64,000 nucleotides of DNA from an uncultured Gemmatimonadales bacterium (GTDB taxonomy: Bacteria > Gemmatimonadota > Gemmatimonadetes > Longimicrobiales > RSA9): the NCBI GenBank assembly GCA_963741945.1, contig CAVUKA010000001.1, positions 32,001-96,000 on the forward strand, given 5' to 3'. A program made the translations under genes and the position numbers. Each line of letters begins with the position of its first letter. The stretch's first letter is position 1. Positions 37,584-46,200 of this stretch are shown here, in pieces. Below the pieces are notes generated by a model. It was given only the letters and a program-made list of their open reading frames with translations. It searched no databases and was not told the origin of the DNA.

Positions 37584-38241
37584 CGACCGGCGGCGCCTCC
37601 GGGAGTGCGCTCACGACCATGTCGGCAAGGCGGGCGAGGGCCGCGCTCATGGCGTGCGCCACATCGGCCGCCGAGGAAGAGGCGGTGTCCACTTCGATGT
37701 GTGCATCGCGCGCGAGGAGGCTGCGCTGGGAGGCGTCGTCGACGATGGACCAGCGACCATCCAGGACCACGGTGCCGCCGGGACTGGCGGCGAACCGCTC
37801 CAGGGTGACGACGAGGAGCCGCATGTCCCCCGGCGGATCCGGCTGGCCGGGGAGCGCCACGCTGCCATCGGGGAGGCGGGCGGCCAGGTCGAAGGCGAGC
37901 GTCCGCCGGACCACGACGGCGAGGCCGGCGGGCCAGCGGACGGTGCCATCCACCTCGAGCCTGTTCTCGGCCGTGATCCGCACCAGCGCCGCGCGGTCCA
38001 GCCCGGGGGGCAGGGTGATCCGCCCCACCGCCAGCGGAGCGCTGGTCGCGGCGGGCGCGGCGCTGCGGGGCGAGATGGTGCTGAGGTCGACATAGCGCGT
38101 GGCGGGGCTGGACGCGCACCCGACCATGCCGAACGCGAGGAGAAGCAGGGGAAGACCGCGGGCCGCCGGGTGAGGCCAGCGGGGCGATGAACGTGGGGAA
38201 CGGCGTCGTCGCACGACCGGGGTGTGGAATCGAAGAGTCAC
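37576..38241 (-). CDS. pqiC: PqiC-like ABC auxiliary lipoprotein
   Basis: Lipobox GMVGC; 'ITLPPGLDRAALV', 'RW', 'LDGRWSI'; third gene of pqiAB. Confidence 0.82.
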   Translation of the reverse strand: MTLRFHTPVVRRRRSPRSSPRWPHPAARGLPLLLLAFGMVGCASSPATRYVDLSTISPRSAAPAATSAPLAVGRITLPPGLDRAALVRITAENRLEVDGTVRWPAGLAVVVRRTLAFDLAARLPDGSVALPGQPDPPGDMRLLVVTLERFAASPGGTVVLDGRWSIVDDASQRSLLARDAHIEVDTASSSAADVAHAMSAALARLADMVVSALPEAPPVGG

Positions 38242-39989
38242 GGTCCTGACCTCCCCTGTATCAGCGCTTCGGGGTGACGATCGAGGTAATCGGTGAGGGA
38301 GCGCAGGGAGCGGGCGGCGCGGGTCATCTCGTCGATCAGGTCCTGGAGATTGTGCTGGTCGCGCAGTGAGCCGCCGGAGAGCCCCTGGACCGCGTCGGCC
38401 GTGGAAGCCAGGTCGCTCATGGCCTGTCGGAGGTCGGAGAGCGCCGGCTGGAGCTGGCGGCGGGCGTCGGCGGTGAGCGTATCCGCGTTGGCCATGAGCC
38501 GGTCCAGGTGTTCCAGGGTCTGATTCAGCTCCGGCGATCGGACCAACGTGTCGAGCCCCGCGGTGAGGTTGCGCAGATTGCGCCCGATGGTCCGGATCGG
38601 GAGGGCGGCCACGGCGTCGGCCGCGCGACTGACCGACGACAGCGCGCTCTGGATTCCCCCGCCCGCGATGGCCGGGATCCCTGGCGGCTGCTGCTGCCGG
38701 TCGAGCCTCCGGCCCCGCTCGTCGGTCATCACCAGCGACGCCTGCTCGCCACCGAGCACGAGCCCGGCCTGCGCCAGCTGGGCGCGCATCCCGTGCCGGA
38801 CCAGCTGGTCTACCACGTCATAGAGCGGCCGGGGCGAATCGCCGGGGCCGCGCGGCGCGAGCCCGAACCGTTCCGGATACAGGTCGAGGATCACGGGCGT
38901 GCTGACCACCCCGCGATCCGGCCGCACGCGGAGCTGCACATCCGCCACTTCGCCCACGCGGATCCCGCGCAGTGTCACCGCCGCGCCCGGCTCCAGCCCG
39001 CCGACGGAGCCGGGGAAGTCGGCCGCGAAGCGGACCGGGCGTCCGGCCAGAGGCGAGCGCGCGTCCGTGGCGCTGGCGTAGAGCCGGTACGCGGAATCCC
39101 GCGTGCCCGCAGCGGACCGGGCGGCCCCCGGCTCCGCAGTCGACGCGCCCGCCGCGCCGGGGGACGGCGACCCGGCGGTGTCGGTGAACGTGTCGAACGC
39201 GACACAGCCGTTGAGGAGCCGGGGGATCGGCGGGAAGTGGACGTCCAGTCCGCCCCCGCCGGTGGACACGTCCAGGCCGCTGCAGCGCCAGAAGCGCGAC
39301 TGCGGCTGGACCAGCGTATCGAACGGCGGCCGGACCAGCACATGGAAGCGGACCTCGCCTGCGGACGGCCCCAGGGAGAGACCGAGCACGCGGCCCGCTT
39401 CAAGGCCGTGATAGATGACCTGCGCTCCACGGCCGATCCCGTGGGCGCGCGCGTCCACCAGCGTGACGGTGCGGCCCGGCTCGACATGGGCGTCGGGGGG
39501 CGGTGAAGTCAGACCCGTGAAGTGGTGGGTGGGCTCCCCCGCGCCGGGCTCCATGACCAGGTACGGTCCGGAGAGGAGGCTGGACAGGTCGCCGCTCAGA
39601 AGGCTGGGGCTCTGGATCCAGAAGCGCGTACCCGTGCGCAGCGCTTCCTGCATGCCATCATCCATTGCGAGGTGCATCACCACGCCGTTCAGCGAGTCCC
39701 CCAGCTCCACGGAAGAGACCTGGCCTACCTGCAGCCCGCGGTAGCGGACCGCCGTCGCCCCTTTCCCCGAGATCCCGTGCGCCGTCGGGAAGGTCACGGT
39801 CACGTTCGGGCCGCCCCCGAACACCGCCTTGAACCCCAGGTACCCCGCGACGAGCAGCGCGGCCAGCGGCACCGCCCAGATCCATCCTCGCCAGGACGAC
39901 TGCTGGATGCGCGCCCACGGCGGTCCCGTCTCGTTCTCGGCAGCCTCGCGGTCGGGGGCGTCGCGGTCGGGGGCGTCGCGGTCGGTCAT
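38238..39989 (-). CDS. pqiB: PqiB-like multi-MCE-domain protein
   Basis: WIWAVPL, VRYRGLQVGQV, GTRFWI, LLSGPYL, GLEPGAAVTLRGIRVGEV, C-terminal LRSLTDYLDRHPEALIQG. Confidence 0.9.
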   Translation of the reverse strand: MTDRDAPDRDAPDREAAENETGPPWARIQQSSWRGWIWAVPLAALLVAGYLGFKAVFGGGPNVTVTFPTAHGISGKGATAVRYRGLQVGQVSSVELGDSLNGVVMHLAMDDGMQEALRTGTRFWIQSPSLLSGDLSSLLSGPYLVMEPGAGEPTHHFTGLTSPPPDAHVEPGRTVTLVDARAHGIGRGAQVIYHGLEAGRVLGLSLGPSAGEVRFHVLVRPPFDTLVQPQSRFWRCSGLDVSTGGGGLDVHFPPIPRLLNGCVAFDTFTDTAGSPSPGAAGASTAEPGAARSAAGTRDSAYRLYASATDARSPLAGRPVRFAADFPGSVGGLEPGAAVTLRGIRVGEVADVQLRVRPDRGVVSTPVILDLYPERFGLAPRGPGDSPRPLYDVVDQLVRHGMRAQLAQAGLVLGGEQASLVMTDERGRRLDRQQQPPGIPAIAGGGIQSALSSVSRAADAVAALPIRTIGRNLRNLTAGLDTLVRSPELNQTLEHLDRLMANADTLTADARRQLQPALSDLRQAMSDLASTADAVQGLSGGSLRDQHNLQDLIDEMTRAARSLRSLTDYLDRHPEALIQGRSGP

Positions 39990-41245
39990 GTCGTGCTGCG
40001 GAGAGCCAGCCGTGTCCGGGCGTGTGTGGTGGTGGCGGCGCCGAGCCTTCCTTCCGCGGCATCCCAGAGCAGGCGCGTGTCGAACAGCCGGGCGGCCATC
40101 ATGGTGAACACCACGACCAGCGTGAACGGCACCGCGGCGATGTCGATGTGCACCAGGGCGGCGCCGGGGAAGGAGAGCAGCGGGATCGAGAACGCCTCGA
40201 TGAGCGGGTCGGTGGTGGACCAGCGACCGATGCCGTGGATCGTGCGGTGGATGTGCGTCTGGCGGCGCAGGTTCTCGGGGTGTGGGCTTCGCACGCGGAA
40301 GAGCAGCCAGGTCAGCCCCACCAGCTTCAGGAACGGCACGAGGATGCTGGCGATGATGATGATCACGGCCAGATACCAGAACCCGGCCTGGAACAGCTCT
40401 CGAACCCCGATGATGATCGTCCGATGCTTAACCCCGGTGGGCTGCATGGTGTAGCTCATCGGGAAATAGTACGAGGGGAAATAGAAGATGTAGCCGGCGG
40501 CCACGAGGGCGGCCGTGCGCGTGAGGGCGTTCAACTTCCGGATCCGCAGGCGCCGGCCGCACCGCGGACAGGGTTTCCCTTCCGCGGAGGCGGGGAGCAC
40601 GAGCATGCAGGCATCGCAGCCGAGCGCGTTTCCGTGCTCGGGCGCCTCGCGGTCCGGCTGAATGGCCTCCCAGACAGTGTGGTTAGTCACCACGCGGTTC
40701 AATACCAGGGAGAGCACGCCGGCGCCGGCGAGGCACCAACCGCCCGGCTCCACGTGGGCGGTGAGCTGCTCGGCCGTCCGCATGTAGATGACGAAGCCGG
40801 CCACGATCATGACCTCGGGCATGGCCCAGAGCCGGATGTTGTCGGCGTAGCGGTAGAGCCGCCCGAGCCAGCCGGGCCTCCAGCGCGTGCGTACGGCCGT
40901 GAGCACGAAGGTCAGCAGCGTGGCGCGTGCCACCGGGAGGAACATGACGAAGGCCGCGAGGATGAGGGCCAGCACGGGCCAGCCGTCGCCCCAGACGCCC
41001 ATGATCCCGGAGACGATCCAGGCCTTGTGCGTCCGTCCCAGTGCGGACGCAGACATGACGGGAAAGAGGTTGGCGAGGAGGAGGAGCACGAGCAGGGCCG
41101 CGGACCAGGCCAGACTCAGGGACAGGGTGAGGGACCGGTTGCGATCCAGGATCTGATCGCAGCGGAGGCACCTGGCCTCGGCTCCGGCCTCCACGACCGG
41201 GATACGCTGTATGGCTCCGCAACCCGAACACGCGACCGTCGACAC
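39986..41245 (-). CDS. pqiA: paraquat-inducible protein A (fused two-domain)
   Basis: Two CxxC...CxRC clusters, WAMPEV, ASILVPFLKL, IGRWS. Confidence 0.9.
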   Translation of the reverse strand: MSTVACSGCGAIQRIPVVEAGAEARCLRCDQILDRNRSLTLSLSLAWSAALLVLLLLANLFPVMSASALGRTHKAWIVSGIMGVWGDGWPVLALILAAFVMFLPVARATLLTFVLTAVRTRWRPGWLGRLYRYADNIRLWAMPEVMIVAGFVIYMRTAEQLTAHVEPGGWCLAGAGVLSLVLNRVVTNHTVWEAIQPDREAPEHGNALGCDACMLVLPASAEGKPCPRCGRRLRIRKLNALTRTAALVAAGYIFYFPSYYFPMSYTMQPTGVKHRTIIIGVRELFQAGFWYLAVIIIIASILVPFLKLVGLTWLLFRVRSPHPENLRRQTHIHRTIHGIGRWSTTDPLIEAFSIPLLSFPGAALVHIDIAAVPFTLVVVFTMMAARLFDTRLLWDAAEGRLGAATTTHARTRLALRSTT

Positions 41246-41339
41246 TACCCCGGCTCCCCTCGAACCAGTCCGTCAACCTGCCCGTACAAAGCTTCCGGAG
41301 GCCCGCACTGCAATTTCGGCTCCGGCGTGCCGCGCCGGT

Positions 41340-42347
41340 TCAGGCGGCCGGTTCGTCCTCCGGATGCACGAGGAGCACGGGAAGGCTCGCGGCCCGGATG
41401 ACCTTGTCACTGACGCTGCCCAGGATCAAGCGACGCACGCCGCCCCGGCCGCGCGTGGCCATGGCCACCAGGTCCGCTCCCGCGCTGGCGGCAGCGTCGA
41501 GGATGCCCTCGGCCACGGGTCCCACCCATACGAGCGGCTCCGCCACGGCGACGCCCTGCTCCCGGAGCCGCGCGGAAACGGACTCGAGGTATTCCCCGGC
41601 GGTGCGTCGTGCAGCGTTCACCTGCACCTCCGCCTCTTCCGCCATCTCCGGCATGTACGGCGACGCCACAGGCAGGGTAGGCGCGGTGACGCGGAAGGGA
41701 AGGATCTCGGCCTCCATGACCCGGGCGAGAGCGACGGCTGGAGGCAGGATGGCCTCCGACAGCGGGGAGCCATCGAGTGGCACGAGAAAGCGCCCGATCT
41801 TGGTCGAGCCGGCGGCCGCGACGCTCTGCGCTGCGCCGCCCCCTGCCCCGGCACCCGCCGCCTCCCCGGGGCGGACCAGCAGGATCGGCGTGCTCGACGT
41901 GCGGACCAGGCGATCCGCAACGCTGCCGAGCCACGCACGTTCGATGGGTCCTCTTCCGTGCGTGGACATGACCACGATACCCGGATCCGCTTCCCCGATT
42001 CGACGCGTGAGCTGGGCTTCGGCTGCGCCTTCCAGGACCACCGTGTCGACCTTGTCGATCCCGGCATCGCGAAGCCGCTGCTCGACGCGGTCGAGGTACG
42101 CGGCCCTGTCGCGGAGCAGCGATTCGCGGAGCGCGGCGGTCGAGCCGGTCGTGTCGGCGGGGATCTCCATGCCAATGTCCCAGGCGACGGGTGGCGTGGC
42201 TATGCCTCCGGCGGCCAGCGGAGCGGCGTCGACCACGGTGACGAGCTCCAGCGCGCCGTCGCAGGACCGCGCAATGGCCGTGGCCAGCGGGAGCGCGGCT
42301 TCCGCGAACCCGGATCCATCCAGTGGCACCAGAACGCGCTCGAACAT
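41340..42347 (-). CDS. universal stress protein (two USP domains)
   Basis: VLVPLDGS twice; MSTHGRG..LGSVADRLVR and MATRGRG..LGSVSDKVIR; RBS GGAGG. Confidence 0.93.
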   Translation of the reverse strand: MFERVLVPLDGSGFAEAALPLATAIARSCDGALELVTVVDAAPLAAGGIATPPVAWDIGMEIPADTTGSTAALRESLLRDRAAYLDRVEQRLRDAGIDKVDTVVLEGAAEAQLTRRIGEADPGIVVMSTHGRGPIERAWLGSVADRLVRTSSTPILLVRPGEAAGAGAGGGAAQSVAAAGSTKIGRFLVPLDGSPLSEAILPPAVALARVMEAEILPFRVTAPTLPVASPYMPEMAEEAEVQVNAARRTAGEYLESVSARLREQGVAVAEPLVWVGPVAEGILDAAASAGADLVAMATRGRGGVRRLILGSVSDKVIRAASLPVLLVHPEDEPAA

Positions 42348-42395
42348 GCATCCTCCCTTTGTTGCGCCGGAGACCCGCCTCGGAGACGGACGGGC

Positions 42396-42410
42396 GCAAG
42401 CCCCGTTCCC
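42396..42410 (-). promoter_or_regulatory. possible sigma54 (-24/-12) promoter upstream of the USP gene
   Basis: GGGAACGGGGCTTGC fits GG-N10-GC. Confidence 0.35.
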
Positions 42411-42412
42411 GC

Positions 42413-43201
42413 TCAGGCCGTGCCGTTCTCCCGGTCCGTCGGCGGTCCCGGAGGTCGCGGAGCTCCCGGGTCCGCACAGGCGACCCGGCCGATCTCGGGG
42501 CCCCACACGAGGGTTCGTACCTGGCCGGCGGCCTCGCTCCACGCGCCGTGCCAGCGGGCGCCGCCGGGGACCTGGACGATGAAGTCGTCGGCCCCGATCT
42601 CTTCGACCACCACGGCGCGGGTATCGAGCCGAAGCCCCGTTCGCAGCGCCTTCAGGGCGGCTTCCTTCGCCGCCCACGTGAGGTTGGCGAAAAGCGGCCG
42701 CTCGCCCGGCGCCGCCGCGCGCACGCGGGCCGCTTCCGCGGGCGTGAAATAGTCGTCGATGAAGCGCTCGCTTCGCGGCTCGATGGTCTCGAGGTCCACG
42801 CCCAGCTCGCCGCCCCCGAGCCGGGCAGCGGCCAACCCGTTTCCGCCGCTGTGGCTGATGGACACCGCCATGGCAATGAACTCGTCGGCAGCGACGATAC
42901 GGGGTTCCGGAGCGCCGTCGTCCGCCGGGAGCACCTCCACCATGTCGGGCCCGACCTCCCGCCCCGCCGCGGACAGCGCCAGGGCCACGGCGCGCTTCGC
43001 CGCCCAGCGCCCGATCCTCCAGTCGGCTCGCCGTCCGGGCACGCGGTACGCCATGAGCCTGGCCAGCTCCGCATCGGTCAGCCAGTCGCTCGCTTCCGGC
43101 ACCTCCGAGGCGGCCACCAGCACTTCGTGCACGCGCGGCGCGGGGTGCCCGCGCCGGCGCTGGTGGTGGGCGGTGCGCGGCCGGGGCGGCAAAGGTGTCA
43201 T
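42413..43201 (-). CDS. 4'-phosphopantetheinyl transferase (Sfp type)
   Basis: GR.AAK, SISHSG, LGVDLE, WAAKEAALKA; ATGA overlap with the PKS stop. Confidence 0.9.
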   Translation of the reverse strand: MTPLPPRPRTAHHQRRRGHPAPRVHEVLVAASEVPEASDWLTDAELARLMAYRVPGRRADWRIGRWAAKRAVALALSAAGREVGPDMVEVLPADDGAPEPRIVAADEFIAMAVSISHSGGNGLAAARLGGGELGVDLETIEPRSERFIDDYFTPAEAARVRAAAPGERPLFANLTWAAKEAALKALRTGLRLDTRAVVVEEIGADDFIVQVPGGARWHGAWSEAAGQVRTLVWGPEIGRVACADPGAPRPPGPPTDRENGTA

Positions 43202-46200
43202 GCCTTCTGTCGGAGCTCCGGGAACGGGCGCCCTTCCATGGTGGTGGGGAGGGCGGCGGTGCGGTAGCCACGCACCGAAGCCAGCACGGTGCCATCCTCC
43301 GCCACCACGTCCACGTCGTAGCCGGCTTCGGCATCGCCGCCGGCGAGCAGCGCCATGGAGCCTCCGGCGTCGCCCCGGGCCGGGTCGATCAGGTCGACGC
43401 GTTCCACGCTGTACGGCAGCCCCATGCGGGCCGCGTCCGCGATCTCGGCCAGGCCGGCGGTCTGGAACGCCAGCTCGACGAGGCGAGGCGCCGTGAGCAG
43501 CGTCCGCTCCGCGGGGACGTGGTTCGGCGGCAGCGCTTCGGCGAGCCGCCCGGCCAGGAGCGCGCCGGAGCGCCACGCCCGGCCCAGGACCCGGTACGCT
43601 GGGCCATGGAAATAGACATCGTAGATGGCGTCCGCGCCGATCCCGGGCCCGCTCCCGGGAAGATCGCGGCGGTGCGGAGCGTCGGGCGCGCTGGCGGTGA
43701 GCCTCACACGCGCCGTGAAATGCGTGGTCACTTCGGGCTCGGGGCGGCCGTGCAGCGTGCGGGCGCCGAGCAGCGCGCACTCCGCCACCACCTCGTCGCC
43801 ATCCTCGCCGTAGCGCACCCGGACGCTCACGGTGCGCGGCTCATCGCGGTAGAACTTGAACGGCGCGAGGAACGTGACGTCCTCCACGGCCGCGACCCGC
43901 AGCGCCGGGAACGGCAGCGCGGCGGCCTCCGCCATGGCTTCCATGCCCATGACGCCGGGGAGCACCGGGGTGCCGTCGATCCGGTGGTCGTCCAGGAACG
44001 GCTGGGCTTTCGGATCGAGCCGGGTTTCGACCAGGAGCCCGTCGTTCAGGCCGAGCTCCACCACCCGCTCGGCGACGACACCACCGGACCCGTCCGCGTC
44101 CGCCCGTACGCCGCCGCCGGGCGCCCGCGCATCGAGCATGGCGCCCAGCGCGCCGGCGATCACGACTTCGCCGCGGGTGCCGGCGGACAGCTCGCGCCGG
44201 ACGACGGGAACCCCCGCCGCGGGCTCGAGCATGTCAATGCCCGCGGCCTTCAGGATGGTCGGGATCGAGCCGCGGGTGGCCATGCCGATGCCTCCCCACG
44301 CGGTCCAGTCGATGGCTATGCCGCGGGAGGCCGACCTCCGACTGCGGAACGATGAGACCGCCTTGCAGAGCAGGTCGTTGGCCGCGCTGTAGTCGGCCTG
44401 GCCCGCGTTGCCGAAGCGGCCGGCGATGGAGCTGAAGACGACGGCGGCGCCCAGCGGGGCGTCGCCGAGCCCCGCCAGCAGGTTGAACCAGCCGTCGGTC
44501 TTCACGTCGAACACGAGGTCGAACTCTTCCGGCGACTTCTCCGGGATCGACCGGCTGACTTCGAGTCCCGCCGCGTGCACCAGAACGTCCAGCCTGCCCC
44601 GGGCGGCCACCACCTCGCGCATCACGGCCGCCACGGCATCGGCGTCGCGCAGGTCGACGGCGCGCCAGTGCGCGGTGCCACCGGCGGCCTCCACGGCGCG
44701 GATGGCGGCGAGTGCCGCGGCCGCCCGCTCGAGGCGGGCCAGCTGCTTCTCCACCAGCGCCGGCGTCGCCCGCTCGCCGCTGTCCTGGAGCCGCGCGAAG
44801 ATCTCCCGCTTCAGCCCGTCCCGATCGGAAGCGAGCCGCGCCAGGTCCGGGTCGGCCGGGTCGGGCTCCGGCGTCAGGTCCAGGAGCCAGAACTCGCCGC
44901 CCGTCGGGGCCAGGTCCGCGAGAATGGCCGACGTGATGCTCCCCGCCGCGCCCGTGACCACCCAGGCGGCGTCGGCGCCCGGCAGATCGTGCCCCGGCTC
45001 CACGGAACGCGTGTCGAGGCCGACCGTCCAGCGCCTGCCTCCGGCGTGGCCGACCTCCACCACGCCCGGGTCCCGCAGGGTCTCCTCGATGAGCAGGTCC
45101 GCCACTTCGGCCGTCCTCCGGCCCGGGGCGAAGTCCACCGCCTTCACGAGCGCGGCCGGCCGCTCGCGGGCGAACGACTTCACGAGCCCGGTGACGGCGC
45201 CACCGAGGACATCGGCGGCCCCTTCGGCGTCGTACCCGTGGCGGCCGCCGAGACGCGTGGCCGAAACCACGAACCCGCCCGCCGCGCCCACGTCGTCATA
45301 GAGCGAGCGGAGCAGTGCGTAGAGCGCTTTCACGCGGAGCTGGAGCGCCTCCCGCCGTTGCCGGGGCTCGAGCAGCGCGGCGTCGTCGAGGATGTCGAGC
45401 GCCGGAAGCCAGTACACCCCCCGGATCGGGCCTTCCGCCCGCCACCCAGCCAGCCGCTTCGCCAGCGCATCCGGGCTCGCCGCGTCCTCGAGCACCAGCG
45501 GCGCGACGCCGCGTTTCTCCAGCCGGCCCACGAGCGCTTTCGCGACCCCGCCGGTGTCGGGCATCACGACCACGCGGGCTCCCTTGCCCAGCGAGACGCC
45601 CGTTTCCCGGAAGAACGCGATGGGCGGACGCAGTCGCGGGACCGGAACGCGGCGCGGAACCGCCTGCGCGGCCGCCATGTCACTCGCCATGTCACCCGCC
45701 ATGTCACCCGCCATGGCGCGCGGGGCCACGTCGAGGCCGGGGGTCGGCGGCGTGTCCGGAGGCGCGGACCCGGGCTGCGGGGCTCCACCGGCCGCGGCGA
45801 TCGATGGTGCTTCGCCGGCGGCGGGCGCGAGGTCCGGTCGCTTCTCGTACACGAACTCGATGGCCCGCTTCAGCGTGGGGTAGTCCCGGAGCGCCAGCTC
45901 CTCGTCCCGCTCGATGCCGTACTCCTCGCGGATCGCCGCGAACATCTCCGCCTGCTTCACGGTGTCGATGCCCAGGTCCGCTTCCAGGTCCAGGTCCAGC
46001 TCCAGCATGTCCGGCGGGTAGCCGGTCTGCTCCGCCACGATCCCAAGGACGCGCGCGCGCACGGGGTCGCCGGGCGCTGCGCCCGGAGCGGGGGCTGCCG
46101 CGGCCGGGGCGGGTGGAGGGGAGGTGGTCGCGCCGGCGGCGGGTGCGAGGTCCGGGCGCTTCTCGTACACGAACTCGATGGCCCGCTTCAGCGTGGGGTA

